Shown here: in pieces, positions 30,432 through 40,316 of the stretch
Numbering within the stretch: position 1 is the stretch's first letter
Layout of the letters: every line of letters begins with the position of its first letter
Source: a virus
Lineage: Duplodnaviria; Caudoviricetes
Length of the DNA stretch: 42,529 nucleotides
Virus record (IMG/VR): IMGVR_UViG_3300042334_000755
Span: 1-42,529 of that record
Direction: 5' to 3' (one strand)
The notes under the pieces: generated by a model
Told to the model about the DNA's origin: nothing
What the model saw: only the letters and a program-made list of their open reading frames with translations
The model's database searches: none
Program-made: the position numbers and the translations under genes

Positions 30432-30483
30432 ATAATATCCTGTAAGATACTATTATTTACAGATTATTATAACAGTCAAAAAA

Positions 30484-30666
30484 TTAATTTTCGTCCAAAT
30501 AGTCGTTATTTATCTCTATTGACTCAGAAGATTCTACTACTGTTTGTTTTAATGACTTATATCCTTCTTTGATCAATTTCAATAAACGTATTTTTTGTTC
30601 TGGTGTAGCAGATTCTAACATAGTTCTGCTTTGTTGAATTAGTTTCAATAGTTGATCTTGTGTCAT
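30484..30666 (-). CDS. Small hypothetical protein
   Basis: ORF track; tightly coupled to upstream gene. Confidence 0.6.
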   Translation of the reverse strand: MTQDQLLKLIQQSRTMLESATPEQKIRLLKLIKEGYKSLKQTVVESSESIEINNDYLDEN

Positions 30667-30667
30667 G

Positions 30668-31066
30668 TTAATAACTCGCCGCTACTAATGATATTGCACC
30701 TTGAGTCCAATTTCTAACTGTTGCTCTAAGCCATACATAATTACCAACTAAGTTATTAAATCCTTGTTGAACGTTTAGAGTTCCTGGTGTTACATCTAAT
30801 TGATATACAGTAAACCAATCACTATCTAATGTTGGATCAGTAGCAATACTGGCTTGAATATATATATTACCAATAAAAACTGGATTACTTTGTTGATTAT
30901 TACCTTGTGGTACTTGACCTAAATTCCAACTAATAGTTTGAAGATCACGATTGGCCAAAATATATGCAGCTGCCTGTTGTTTTGTTCCGTCTATAGAAAT
31001 ACTAACACCTGGTGGTCCAGGATATGCAGTTTGTGGAAGTAAAACAACTGTTGTTCCTTGCGCCAT
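30668..31066 (-). CDS. Probable virion structural protein (132 aa)
   Basis: Beta-rich; FIGNIYIQAS...DWF...GNYVWLRA resembles the C-terminal domain of 3341..4144 (FTGNIQLQGS...WY...GYHPFVRM). Confidence 0.6.
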   Translation of the reverse strand: MAQGTTVVLLPQTAYPGPPGVSISIDGTKQQAAAYILANRDLQTISWNLGQVPQGNNQQSNPVFIGNIYIQASIATDPTLDSDWFTVYQLDVTPGTLNVQQGFNNLVGNYVWLRATVRNWTQGAISLVAASY

Positions 31067-31242
31067 TACGCTTTCTCCACCTCAACAATAACCGAATCAC
31101 CTACTAACTCTTGAACAACTTGCTCAAGTGCGGTGATCACCTCTTCAGATGCGATATCGCATAAACTTTCAGCGTCAACTGTTCCAGATTTGATCAGTTT
31201 ACTTACTTTGATTACAATAATTTCTTCGTGAATTTGTGCCAT
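31066..31242 (-). CDS. Small hypothetical late protein (58 aa; not in ORF track)
   Basis: GGAG SD, TAAATA at 31264-31269; MAQIHEEIIVIKVSKLIKSG...VIVEVEKA; TAATG coupling to next gene. Confidence 0.8.
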   Translation of the reverse strand: MAQIHEEIIVIKVSKLIKSGTVDAESLCDIASEEVITALEQVVQELVGDSVIVEVEKA

Positions 31243-31266
31243 GATATATGCTCCATTATAGAGTAT

Positions 31267-31992
31267 TTATCTTTTTTGTATTGTACAGACTTTTCTAATC
31301 AAATTATCAAATTTTAAAGATAATAACGTTATCAATGATTCTTGATCAAAATCAAAAAAGTAATTATCCCATGAATACATAAGATTATAATTTTGCATAC
31401 CAGAAAAATGTTGAGTTGATGTTTTACCAGTAACCCATTTTATCATTGATGGAGACATTGTTATATCATAACGACTTAGATAATCATATAATTTTTCTCG
31501 TTCTTCTGTAGTATATATCTTACTCTTCATATAAATTCTGAATTTTCGTTTAGGTTCTTTTTGATATACTACTCCTCTTTCGTAATTCGTCATTGGTTCT
31601 GAATAATTATAACTTATGATAGTATCATCTTTAGAATATTTAAGTTCTGTTAATAATAGTTCAAATACAGTAAAATCATTAGCATAAATTGTGATCTTGT
31701 TTTCACCAAATCTTAATTTAAAATCAAGATTTTTCTCAATTATTGATGATCTCCATACTATTAAATTTTCTATTGGTTTTAACAAATTAGTATCAGATAC
31801 TATTGAATTTATATCATTATAATACATTCTATTAATATAATATTCATCTACTTTCTGAGAATATTCATATATGGATTTTGTTGTTCTAAAAAAATGAATA
31901 CCTTTAATCCAAATTGACATTTTATACTTGAATTTATCATGATAAAATGTCAATTGAGCAGAATCTAATTTGAAATCTGATTCAGTTATCAT
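31267..31992 (-). CDS. Hypothetical protein (241 aa)
   Basis: ORF track; coupled to clpA. Confidence 0.7.
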   Translation of the reverse strand: MITESDFKLDSAQLTFYHDKFKYKMSIWIKGIHFFRTTKSIYEYSQKVDEYYINRMYYNDINSIVSDTNLLKPIENLIVWRSSIIEKNLDFKLRFGENKITIYANDFTVFELLLTELKYSKDDTIISYNYSEPMTNYERGVVYQKEPKRKFRIYMKSKIYTTEEREKLYDYLSRYDITMSPSMIKWVTGKTSTQHFSGMQNYNLMYSWDNYFFDFDQESLITLLSLKFDNLIRKVCTIQKR

Positions 31993-34271
31993 TATTCTAG
32001 TCTAATGATACCATCCGTACCAACAGTAGCCATGGTTTCTGATAACTTAACTGTAATGTCAAATACAACCTGATCATTAACATAATCAGCAACTATATTA
32101 GAATTATTAACTTTCTCAAATAAGATTTTCTTACTTAAAGGTACACGAATAAGTTCATCAATCTTACGGGCAAGTGGTCTGGCACCCATTTTAGGATCAT
32201 ATCCAATCTTTGCCAAATGATCAATTAACTCTTCAGTTAATGTCATATTAATATTATGTTGATCAGTCAATTGAGTTTTCAATTCATTAACAAACTTAAC
32301 TACAATCTTTTTAATTGCCAATGTATCAAGTTTAGTAAACTTACAAATCATATCAATACGATTACGTAATTCTGGTTTGAAGAATTCTTTTAATGCCTTA
32401 TCATCTTCACCAGATTTATCTTGATCGCCAAAACCAATATTATTACGTTCACTATCAGCCGATCCTAAATTACTGGTCATGATGACAATAGTATTTTTTG
32501 CGTTAACTGTCTTACCATTAGTACCAGTAATACGACCTTCATCTAATAATTGTAAGAACAAGTTATATACATCTGGATGTGCTTTTTCAACTTCATCAAA
32601 CAATAAAATTGAATATGGATTTTTACTTAAATCATTGATGATTTTACCACCACCAAGATTACCTTCACCGTATCCTACATATCCTGGTGGGGCTCCAATC
32701 AATGCGGCTACACTATGTTTCTCTTGATATTCACTCATATCATATTTAAGTAAGGGCATATTAAGATTCTCACTTAATAAACGAGCCAATTCTGTTTTAC
32801 CAGTACCAGTTGGTCCCAAGAATAAGAAACTTGCCATAGGTTTTTTCTCATTAGCAATACCAGCATAACTAACATATACACGTTCAAGTACATTATTCAA
32901 TGCTTTATCTTGACCATAAAGTTTAGTTTTGATATTACTTTCAAGATTAATCATTCTATCACTAACATCAGTACTGATTTTATCTTGAGGTATTCCACAC
33001 ATTTTGGTTACTTGTTCACGAATTTCAACATCAGTAACTTTATTATTTGCTAGTGCCAATACTCGTTCTTTTGCACAAGCGGCATCCAATAAATCAATTG
33101 ACTTATCAGGATTCTTACGATCATGTACATAACGATTACTTAATTCAACTGCTGCCTTGATAGCACTAGGTTTAATTTCAACTTTATGAAAATCACTCAA
33201 TCGTTCTGATAGACCAGTTAGAATTTTCTCTGTAGTTTCCAGATCAGGTTCATCAATACTGACACGATAAAAACGACGCATCAATGCACGATCTTTCTCA
33301 AATGATTCGTAATATTCTTCCCATGTAGTACTAGCAATAATCTTTAGTGTACCTTTTGTAATAGCTGGTTTAAACATATTAGCAAAGTCAAGACTACTAT
33401 TACTACCACTACCAGCACCTTTCATTGTATGTGCTTCATCAATGAATAAAATTACATTCTTTTTAGAAGTTAATGCATCAATAACATTTTTAACTTTCTC
33501 TTCAAAGTCACCACGATACTTACTACCAGCCAACAATGAACCAATTTCTAATGAATATAATTCATGATCTTTCAAGAAATCAGGTACATTGTTTTCAATA
33601 ATACGACTAGCTAACCCTTCTGCAATTGCAGTTTTACCAGTTCCTGGATCCCCAACCATTAATACATTAGCCTTGAATCGTTTAGCCAAGATCATAATAA
33701 TATCTTCAATCTCTTGTTCACGACCAATTACTGGTTCAATTTTATTTTGACGAGCCAAATCTGTCAAATTAATTGTAAATTCTTCCAAAATTTCAGTTGC
33801 TTGATCATCACTTAATTTTGAAGAAGATTTATCATGTTTATAATTCTTTTGCCAAAATGTCACAAATTCATTTCGTGTTACACCCCATTTCAATAAGAAA
33901 TATTGTGCATGACTATTAGATTCTTGAAAGATACTTAAATACAAATCAATGATTTCAATTTGACGACGACCAGTAAACAATACTTGTGTTACAGCGCGAC
34001 TAAACATTCGCTCTAATGCATTTGTTTTGCGTGGTTGTAATGGTTCAGTTGAATTAGTTTTAACTAATGATGTTAATCCATCTAAATAATCGGATACATC
34101 TTTAGTCATCATTTCAGTATCAACCCCAAACTTGTCAAGTTGTTTCTTAAATGGTTCATACATAATCATACTTAATAAAGTATGTTCTAATGTTACGTAT
34201 TCATGTTTTCTTTCTTTGGCCATAAAAACGGCTTGTTCTATAATACGTTCTACATCTGGATTATTAATCAT
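31992..34271 (-). CDS. clpA: ClpA-type AAA+ chaperone/protease ATPase subunit
   Basis: HEYVTLEH N-domain, GDPGTGKT, KYRGDFEE, GPTGTGKT, GAPPGYVGY, IGF loop, GARPL; no ClpB middle domain; start MINNPD with AGGA SD. Confidence 0.9.
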   Translation of the reverse strand: MINNPDVERIIEQAVFMAKERKHEYVTLEHTLLSMIMYEPFKKQLDKFGVDTEMMTKDVSDYLDGLTSLVKTNSTEPLQPRKTNALERMFSRAVTQVLFTGRRQIEIIDLYLSIFQESNSHAQYFLLKWGVTRNEFVTFWQKNYKHDKSSSKLSDDQATEILEEFTINLTDLARQNKIEPVIGREQEIEDIIMILAKRFKANVLMVGDPGTGKTAIAEGLASRIIENNVPDFLKDHELYSLEIGSLLAGSKYRGDFEEKVKNVIDALTSKKNVILFIDEAHTMKGAGSGSNSSLDFANMFKPAITKGTLKIIASTTWEEYYESFEKDRALMRRFYRVSIDEPDLETTEKILTGLSERLSDFHKVEIKPSAIKAAVELSNRYVHDRKNPDKSIDLLDAACAKERVLALANNKVTDVEIREQVTKMCGIPQDKISTDVSDRMINLESNIKTKLYGQDKALNNVLERVYVSYAGIANEKKPMASFLFLGPTGTGKTELARLLSENLNMPLLKYDMSEYQEKHSVAALIGAPPGYVGYGEGNLGGGKIINDLSKNPYSILLFDEVEKAHPDVYNLFLQLLDEGRITGTNGKTVNAKNTIVIMTSNLGSADSERNNIGFGDQDKSGEDDKALKEFFKPELRNRIDMICKFTKLDTLAIKKIVVKFVNELKTQLTDQHNINMTLTEELIDHLAKIGYDPKMGARPLARKIDELIRVPLSKKILFEKVNNSNIVADYVNDQVVFDITVKLSETMATVGTDGIIRLE

Positions 34272-34278
34272 AAATTTC

Positions 34279-35055
34279 CTAGTTAAGAGTTTTATTGCGC
34301 TCTTGTTCAAGAGCAGTAATTAGTTCAGTACTGATTATATCAGGTATTGATGCGGTAATCAATATATACTGGTCACCTCGTTGATTGGATGCTTCCAATC
34401 CTTTACCTGAAATTCTTAAACTGGAGCCCGGTTTTGTTCTGGGGTGTATAGTAATCTCCAAAGTTTGATTATAAATGGTTGTAAAACTGATAGTGGTTCC
34501 TAATATTAAATCAATGACAGAAAGTTCTTTAGTAGAAATCAAATCTAATCTACGTCTTTCAAATATCGGATGTGGATGAATTCTGAACATTATTTGTAAA
34601 ACACCATCAGGCATTAAATTTTCATAATTAATTTTTTGTCCGTCTTCTATTCCTTTTGGTACAGATATTTGAAATGTTTTACCGCCAGCTGGAGTATTAA
34701 CATTAATTGTTTCCATACTTCCAGTAGCCACTTGTTCTAATTTTATGAATACGGTTACAGTATAAATTCTTTGTTGACGTTGCCTGTTAAACTGATTAAA
34801 CATTTCCTCAAATGGATTAAATCCACCTTGTGGACCAAATGGGAATCCAGCAAAATTTTGTTGTAAACTTGGATTATCATATTGTTGACGTTTTTCATCA
34901 TCACTTAATGTTCTATAGGCTTCTTCTATTTTTTGAAATTCAGCCGTATCTCCACCACGATCAGGATGATGTTTGGATGCCAAACGTCTATACGCTTGTT
35001 TTATTTCTTGTTGAGTTGCTGTCTTAGTGACACCAAGTATATTATAATAATCCAT
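34279..35055 (-). CDS. dnaJ: DnaJ-class co-chaperone without Zn finger (CbpA-like)
   Basis: DYYNILGV, HHPDRGG, G/F-rich linker, C-terminal DnaJ domain; TTGAAT-N17-TATAAT at 35089-35061. Confidence 0.9.
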   Translation of the reverse strand: MDYYNILGVTKTATQQEIKQAYRRLASKHHPDRGGDTAEFQKIEEAYRTLSDDEKRQQYDNPSLQQNFAGFPFGPQGGFNPFEEMFNQFNRQRQQRIYTVTVFIKLEQVATGSMETINVNTPAGGKTFQISVPKGIEDGQKINYENLMPDGVLQIMFRIHPHPIFERRRLDLISTKELSVIDLILGTTISFTTIYNQTLEITIHPRTKPGSSLRISGKGLEASNQRGDQYILITASIPDIISTELITALEQERNKTLN

Positions 35056-35107
35056 AAATGATTATAACGCAAAACAAATTAGAATTCAAATGTTTTGGAT
35101 ACTTAGA

Positions 35108-35668
35108 TTAAATGATTCCGGCGCGACGCTGAATAAACTTTAAATCTTCATCCGCTACATAACTAGTATGTGGTTCTAATCCAGCCAATTCTCTCATTTC
35201 ATTAAGATCAGATTCTTCAGATTCTTCTTCTGTTGAATTTTTCATTCTATAATCATGTGGACTTAAAGTAATGTTATCTCTGATTGATCCTTCATTAGCT
35301 GGTAAAAATTTATCATTGATATTCAATTTCCAATCCTTAAGTGTTAAACCAGTTAGTGTTTCCAAATCATCTAACATTTCAATGATTCTTTCTGGAACTC
35401 GTAATCTACGATTCATTTCAACAAATACTAAAAATTTACCTTTATTAACTTCACCAGGACTTGTATCCGCATCAATTACCCAATCATAACCACGTTCTAA
35501 CCAACTACATAAATCATCAGCTGCAGCTTTACTATTCATAGTAAAACTAATAGTAACATAATCGCTATTATCACCAATCTTAGATTCATATTGATCTATA
35601 TTTACAATTGGTAACATCTGACGTTCCATATCTAAATATTGTAAACTTTCATTTAATTGTTTAGTCAT
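35108..35668 (-). CDS. Hypothetical late protein (186 aa)
   Basis: ORF track; LNE sites and RELAGL / RRAGII motifs. Confidence 0.7.
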   Translation of the reverse strand: MTKQLNESLQYLDMERQMLPIVNIDQYESKIGDNSDYVTISFTMNSKAAADDLCSWLERGYDWVIDADTSPGEVNKGKFLVFVEMNRRLRVPERIIEMLDDLETLTGLTLKDWKLNINDKFLPANEGSIRDNITLSPHDYRMKNSTEEESEESDLNEMRELAGLEPHTSYVADEDLKFIQRRAGII

Positions 35669-35669
35669 A

Positions 35670-36263
35670 TTATAGTCCTGGAAGATTGTTCAAATCATCA
35701 TTCATATCAGTAGTATCTTGATTTTCTGATTGTTGATCAAATTCTTTAAGACTATCAGTATCATAATCTTTAGCGTAAGCATCATCTAAATCTTCAAGAT
35801 CAATTGTTTGGCCCGCTAAGTCAACACTACCTTCACGTATATCATTCATCAATGCTTTTGGCATAATGATATTAACTAACCATACTTTTCTATCAATTAA
35901 TTTTGGATAATGTGTTCCTGGTTTGAAATCACTTGAATCTTTAATTTCAACTGGGACTTTTAATGTTGTTTTTTTAAATTTAATTGTACAGCCTAATGGC
36001 AATAATCTTTTGGCACCGCGTGGATCAGGCATAATACCACTTGGCCACATAAACGTACAAATTACTTCATATCGTCTAATAATTGGTCCATCAACTAATT
36101 CACCTAATTCCCAATTCTTATAAGCATAGATATCTGCCTCAGATAATACTCGTTCAAAGTCTAATAAAGTAGACATAGTTCCGTCTGAGGTCATTATACC
36201 CTTAACGTTTTGAACAATTTCTTCCCACTGTGGACTATCTAAAAAGGTCTTTTTCTTTGTCAT
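35670..36263 (-). CDS. Hypothetical late protein (197 aa)
   Basis: ORF track; TAAATA at 36271-36276, N7, ATG. Confidence 0.72.
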   Translation of the reverse strand: MTKKKTFLDSPQWEEIVQNVKGIMTSDGTMSTLLDFERVLSEADIYAYKNWELGELVDGPIIRRYEVICTFMWPSGIMPDPRGAKRLLPLGCTIKFKKTTLKVPVEIKDSSDFKPGTHYPKLIDRKVWLVNIIMPKALMNDIREGSVDLAGQTIDLEDLDDAYAKDYDTDSLKEFDQQSENQDTTDMNDDLNNLPGL

Positions 36264-36438
36264 GATAATGTATTTATCATTTTGATGAATTGAATGAGTT
36301 TTTGAAAGTTGATATATTTACAGTACAGCTTATTATTTATCATAAATTCATGACTAATCACAGTACATTTGATGACCAATCATCGTATGTAAATACTTTA
36401 TCTGTTATGAGCAGATCATATCATTAGGAGATTCAATT
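36264..36438. promoter_or_regulatory. Divergent intergenic region with multiple late boxes
   Basis: Minus-strand TAAATA at 36271-76, 36315-20 and 36334-39; plus-strand TAAATA at 36390-95 ahead of phoH. Confidence 0.6.
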
Positions 36439-37224
36439 TTGGCACGTAGAAAATCAGGCGCTTTGCGCAAAGAACAATCAGCATTTCTAACACAGTCACA
36501 CAAACATCACCAAACCTACTATCAAAAAAATCAAACTATGGACATTGAAACAAATACAATTAGATTCAATCCTCAAAAACAGCGTAAATCTGTTAGTTTG
36601 GTACCAAAAACAATCAATCAAGAAAAGTACATATTAGCACTACAAAATCAAGACACTGATGTTGTCGTGGTTAGTGGGCCGGCTGGTACTGGAAAAACAT
36701 ACTTGGCTATGTTGGCTGCTATTCAAGCCATGAGAGATCGTGAATGTGACAGAATTGTATTATGTCGCCCAAACGTATCTATAGAAGATGAGGATCATGG
36801 ATTCTTGCCTGGTGATTTGACTGAGAAACTTGCACCTTGGGTTAGACCAATGGTTGATGTGTTACATGAATTCTACGCCGTAAAAGAAGTAGAACTAATG
36901 TTGGCAGAACAATTAATTGAATTTGCCCCATTGGGATATATGCGCGGCCGAACTTTTAAGAACACTTGGATTATTCTTGATGAAGGGCAAAATGCCACAC
37001 CAGCTCAAATGAAAATGTTACTAACTCGTATTGGTGTTGGTAGTAAGATCATTATCACTGGTGATATTGAACAAACAGATAGAACTCAGCCAGACAATGG
37101 ACTATTAGATTTACAACAAAAGTTGCAATCAAGCCCAATATCTGGCATTGAGACCTGTGAGTTTGATAATAGAGATATTCAACGTCACAGATTAATTGGA
37201 GATGTACTTAAACTATATCGTTAA
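36439..37224 (+). CDS. phoH: PhoH-family ATPase
   Basis: GPAGTGKT, GFLPGDL.EK, YMRGRTF, DEGQN, LTRIG, TGD..Q.D, RH; TTG start with AGGAG SD. Confidence 0.93.
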   Translation: MARRKSGALRKEQSAFLTQSHKHHQTYYQKNQTMDIETNTIRFNPQKQRKSVSLVPKTINQEKYILALQNQDTDVVVVSGPAGTGKTYLAMLAAIQAMRDRECDRIVLCRPNVSIEDEDHGFLPGDLTEKLAPWVRPMVDVLHEFYAVKEVELMLAEQLIEFAPLGYMRGRTFKNTWIILDEGQNATPAQMKMLLTRIGVGSKIIITGDIEQTDRTQPDNGLLDLQQKLQSSPISGIETCEFDNRDIQRHRLIGDVLKLYR

Positions 37225-37808
37225 TTTCCAGTTATAATAGAATATACTTGAGCCCAGTTTTTCACTACCGGAATTGCTGGGTCCACGTGATCCATATTAT
37301 GGCCGTGTTCCATTAGTAGACTCTTAAGTCCTAAAGCATGACCTACTCTGCAATTGTCTATTTTATCTTCAATCCAGTATAACTCACTATTCTTATATGG
37401 TAATAGTGCCTGATCTTTATCTGCCCCAGTATCTAAGAATACAAACTTTTCAAATGCAGTTTCACCAAACAACTTTCTTAAATTCATTTCCCGTAAGCGA
37501 CAGGTATTTTGATCTGTACTTAAACTGGTAATAGCGTGAAAAACGTAACCATGTTCTTCATGTAATTTTTTGATATAATACATTGCATCTCGTAATGGTG
37601 GTAAGAAACCAATAGCGGCACTTTCATTAAAGTACTTGATTAATTGTCTACCAATATCTTCATCAATACCATAACGTTTACCGATATTATATTTGAGATT
37701 ACCACCTTCTACTTTGTTATGTCCGTGAGTGTTCATCCATACATCGAATGAGTATTCCCAATTGAGTACTACACCGTCAATGTCGGTTAATATTACGTTT
37801 TCGTTCAC
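37221..37808 (-). CDS. HAD-superfamily hydrolase, 5'(3')-deoxyribonucleotidase-like
   Basis: ILTDIDGVVL, AITS, DK, WIEDKIDN. Confidence 0.8.
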   Translation of the reverse strand: MNENVILTDIDGVVLNWEYSFDVWMNTHGHNKVEGGNLKYNIGKRYGIDEDIGRQLIKYFNESAAIGFLPPLRDAMYYIKKLHEEHGYVFHAITSLSTDQNTCRLREMNLRKLFGETAFEKFVFLDTGADKDQALLPYKNSELYWIEDKIDNCRVGHALGLKSLLMEHGHNMDHVDPAIPVVKNWAQVYSIITGN

Positions 37809-38077
37809 TTAAATTTATCCTTGAGTTTATCCATTTGAAAGTGTTCCATTTGTGTAATCATATTTGGATATATTTTCTTATAGTATTCATGCATACTTTC
37901 AAACGAGGTTGGTACTACTTTACCTTCAATAACACATTTAAGAACTTTTTGTTCTTGATAATCAAGAATCACATTACATTCACCTAAATCTTTTGATTTA
38001 ATGACATTACTAAATCCAGCCTGTTCATCAATACGACCACCAGGTTTTCTTACAAATGTTACTAACAGATATCTCAT
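37805..38077 (-). CDS. Hypothetical protein (90 aa)
   Basis: ORF track; AGGA SD. Confidence 0.7.
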   Translation of the reverse strand: MRYLLVTFVRKPGGRIDEQAGFSNVIKSKDLGECNVILDYQEQKVLKCVIEGKVVPTSFESMHEYYKKIYPNMITQMEHFQMDKLKDKFK

Positions 38078-38084
38078 TATGATC

Positions 38085-38285
38085 CTAAGTATGTTCTTTA
38101 CATGACACTATAATACCAGTTCTACCAATTGCCTGTAACCATGTGTTTAATCTGTGAACAATGATACTATCACTCTTTGGATTATCAAAGTTGATTGAAA
38201 CGTCCATTACGGTGTCACCGGTACCGTCTTCACGACTGTTATAACTCAGACTGAAGTTCTCATTAATCTTTTCTTTATTTGTCAT
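38085..38285 (-). CDS. Small hypothetical protein (66 aa)
   Basis: ORF track; GAGG SD. Confidence 0.65.
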   Translation of the reverse strand: MTNKEKINENFSLSYNSREDGTGDTVMDVSINFDNPKSDSIIVHRLNTWLQAIGRTGIIVSCKEHT

Positions 38286-38286
38286 A

Positions 38287-39225
38287 TTATCCTCGTATTT
38301 GTGTTAATTCTACCATAGTTGCTGCCAGACTGATTTCTGGAATACCAACTAATGATAGATTTGCTAAACCATTTCTAATTACTACAATTGCCGCATCTTT
38401 CTGTTCTGTAGTATTACCCCAAAGATCAAGATTGACATAAGTCCATTTGTAAATATCTTCTAATCTTGTTGGATTTAATCCAAGAAACTGTAACAGTTGT
38501 TGACGACCTTCTAGTACTTTACCACCTTTAAATAGATTAGTAATCTCAATCAACATAGCATCTTGATCATTACCACTATTTTGTACTGGTGATAATTTAC
38601 CACTCATACTATTAGTTTGAAGTTGATTCAAACATTTACGTAAATCGGGATATGTTGCACCAACATAGGCATCAAGAGTATCTAAATCAAAGTCAACATT
38701 TTCAGTAACCAATACTGTAGCTGCTCTGGCAGTAAATTCTGTTCTATCACTTTTAGTAATATGAAATTCATGACAACGTGATTTTAATGCCGGAATGATT
38801 CTATGTGCATAGTTACAAGTTAAAATGAATCTAACTGTACTGTGATAAGATTCAATATCACCACGTAACATAGCCTGTCCTGCTGGTGTCATATAATCAG
38901 CTTCGTCTAGTAAAACGATCTTAAACCGACCAAATGGCATAGTTTGAACAAACCCTAGAATCTTATCACGAATAACATCAACACCATTCTCACGACTGGC
39001 ATTAATTTCCAATACATCATATTCATTTACGTCTAGTTCATTGATAAGAACTTTTGCTAGTGTTGTTTTACCAGTTCCTGGTTCTCCACTAAACAATAAG
39101 TTTGGAATGGATTCACTTTTAATCCAATCTGATACTTGTTGACGTTGACGTTCATCTACAAAAACATAGTCCGAAACAGACTTCGGACGATATTTTTCTA
39201 CCCATAATTTGTTATCTAATGCCAT
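38287..39225 (-). CDS. Clamp loader AAA+ subunit (RFC small subunit / T4 gp44-like)
   Basis: LWVEKYRP, GEPGTGKTT, EINAS, LDEAD, LTCN, SRC. Confidence 0.93.
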   Translation of the reverse strand: MALDNKLWVEKYRPKSVSDYVFVDERQRQQVSDWIKSESIPNLLFSGEPGTGKTTLAKVLINELDVNEYDVLEINASRENGVDVIRDKILGFVQTMPFGRFKIVLLDEADYMTPAGQAMLRGDIESYHSTVRFILTCNYAHRIIPALKSRCHEFHITKSDRTEFTARAATVLVTENVDFDLDTLDAYVGATYPDLRKCLNQLQTNSMSGKLSPVQNSGNDQDAMLIEITNLFKGGKVLEGRQQLLQFLGLNPTRLEDIYKWTYVNLDLWGNTTEQKDAAIVVIRNGLANLSLVGIPEISLAATMVELTQIRG

Positions 39226-39536
39226 TAATTTCTCAGTATTTCCAAAGTTATGATCTTACCAATGCATTCGCCTAGGTCTTGATCTTCGTTAATAATATGT
39301 AATTTGTTGTTGCTACGTTCATTTGGATGATCATAAACACGATATTCCAAAATATATCCGCCAGCTGCTGGATGAATAGTAAAATTCATACCTTCTTTAG
39401 CAATTCCATCACTAGATGATATCTTTGTACTAATACCACGACCGCGATTACTTACAGGAATATCATTATCAATCAAAATATTTGAATCATATTTATTGGC
39501 CCAGCGAAACAATTTGTATAATGATTTTCTTATCAT
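39225..39536 (-). CDS. Hypothetical protein (103 aa)
   Basis: ORF track; coupled to both neighbours. Confidence 0.7.
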   Translation of the reverse strand: MIRKSLYKLFRWANKYDSNILIDNDIPVSNRGRGISTKISSSDGIAKEGMNFTIHPAAGGYILEYRVYDHPNERSNNKLHIINEDQDLGECIGKIITLEILRN

Positions 39537-39898
39537 ACTTTAGTACTCTGAGTCTCGTCAATCATTGGTACATCCGATACTAACAGAATATCACTAGGGT
39601 CTATTCGTCTAATAGAAGTAGGGCCATTTTCATCTTCAATTTCAATTCCACGAGTCCAACGACCATGAGCCACCATAACAAACTCACCGACTTTGACATC
39701 TTTTTGATCTGGCCCAACTTTATAAACTTCTGCCCAACGTGGTCTGATTCCACTATCTTTACCATCGTCTTTGACAATAAGAATAGAACCAACCATTCGT
39801 TCTTTGAAAACCATATCTTTTACAAGAATATTGTCTTTCAAGGCAACGATTTGATTGGAATGTAGTTGATGAGCGGCGTGGCTAATTTTAGTATTCAT
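39533..39898 (-). CDS. groES: GroES-like co-chaperonin
   Basis: ALKDNILV, GSILI mobile loop, VYKVGP, VKVGEFV, DILLV; TTGATT-N17-TAATAT upstream. Confidence 0.78.
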   Translation of the reverse strand: MNTKISHAAHQLHSNQIVALKDNILVKDMVFKERMVGSILIVKDDGKDSGIRPRWAEVYKVGPDQKDVKVGEFVMVAHGRWTRGIEIEDENGPTSIRRIDPSDILLVSDVPMIDETQSTKV

Positions 39899-39925
39899 GT
39901 TGTTATATTACAGTATGTTAAGATA

Positions 39926-40306
39926 TTAATCAATTTTTTTGGATGAATCTGATTTCTTAGATTTTGGTTCTGGAATTATTTTATCTTCCTGATCAAATTC
40001 TAATTCTTCTTTGGTCATTTCTACTTTTTCATCCACTTTTGGCATTGTTTGAGCTGCTACTGGTGTTGTTTCTTTTAATTCACGTTTTGGTGCGGCTGAT
40101 GTGGGACGAATACCACGATTGATAACACTTTTCATATAATATTCATTTACACGTTTGTTATTATCATTGATAACTTGACCATTACTATCAATAATATCAC
40201 CACGAGCATTTATATTCATATTTCCAACTGCTCTTGTTTTTTCATTTTTTTGACGTAGAGCTGCCATATCTACTTCTTTACCCATTGCTGAACGATGTGT
40301 TGCCAT
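39926..40306 (-). CDS. Hypothetical protein (126 aa)
   Basis: ORF track; AAGGA SD; AVGNMNINARGD segment. Confidence 0.72.
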   Translation of the reverse strand: MATHRSAMGKEVDMAALRQKNEKTRAVGNMNINARGDIIDSNGQVINDNNKRVNEYYMKSVINRGIRPTSAAPKRELKETTPVAAQTMPKVDEKVEMTKEELEFDQEDKIIPEPKSKKSDSSKKID

Positions 40307-40316
40307 TTTAATTTCC

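Noticed and set aside
36264-36438. tRNA or structured ncRNA in the largest intergenic gap
   Set aside because: No cloverleaf or T-loop signature; the region is explained by divergent promoters
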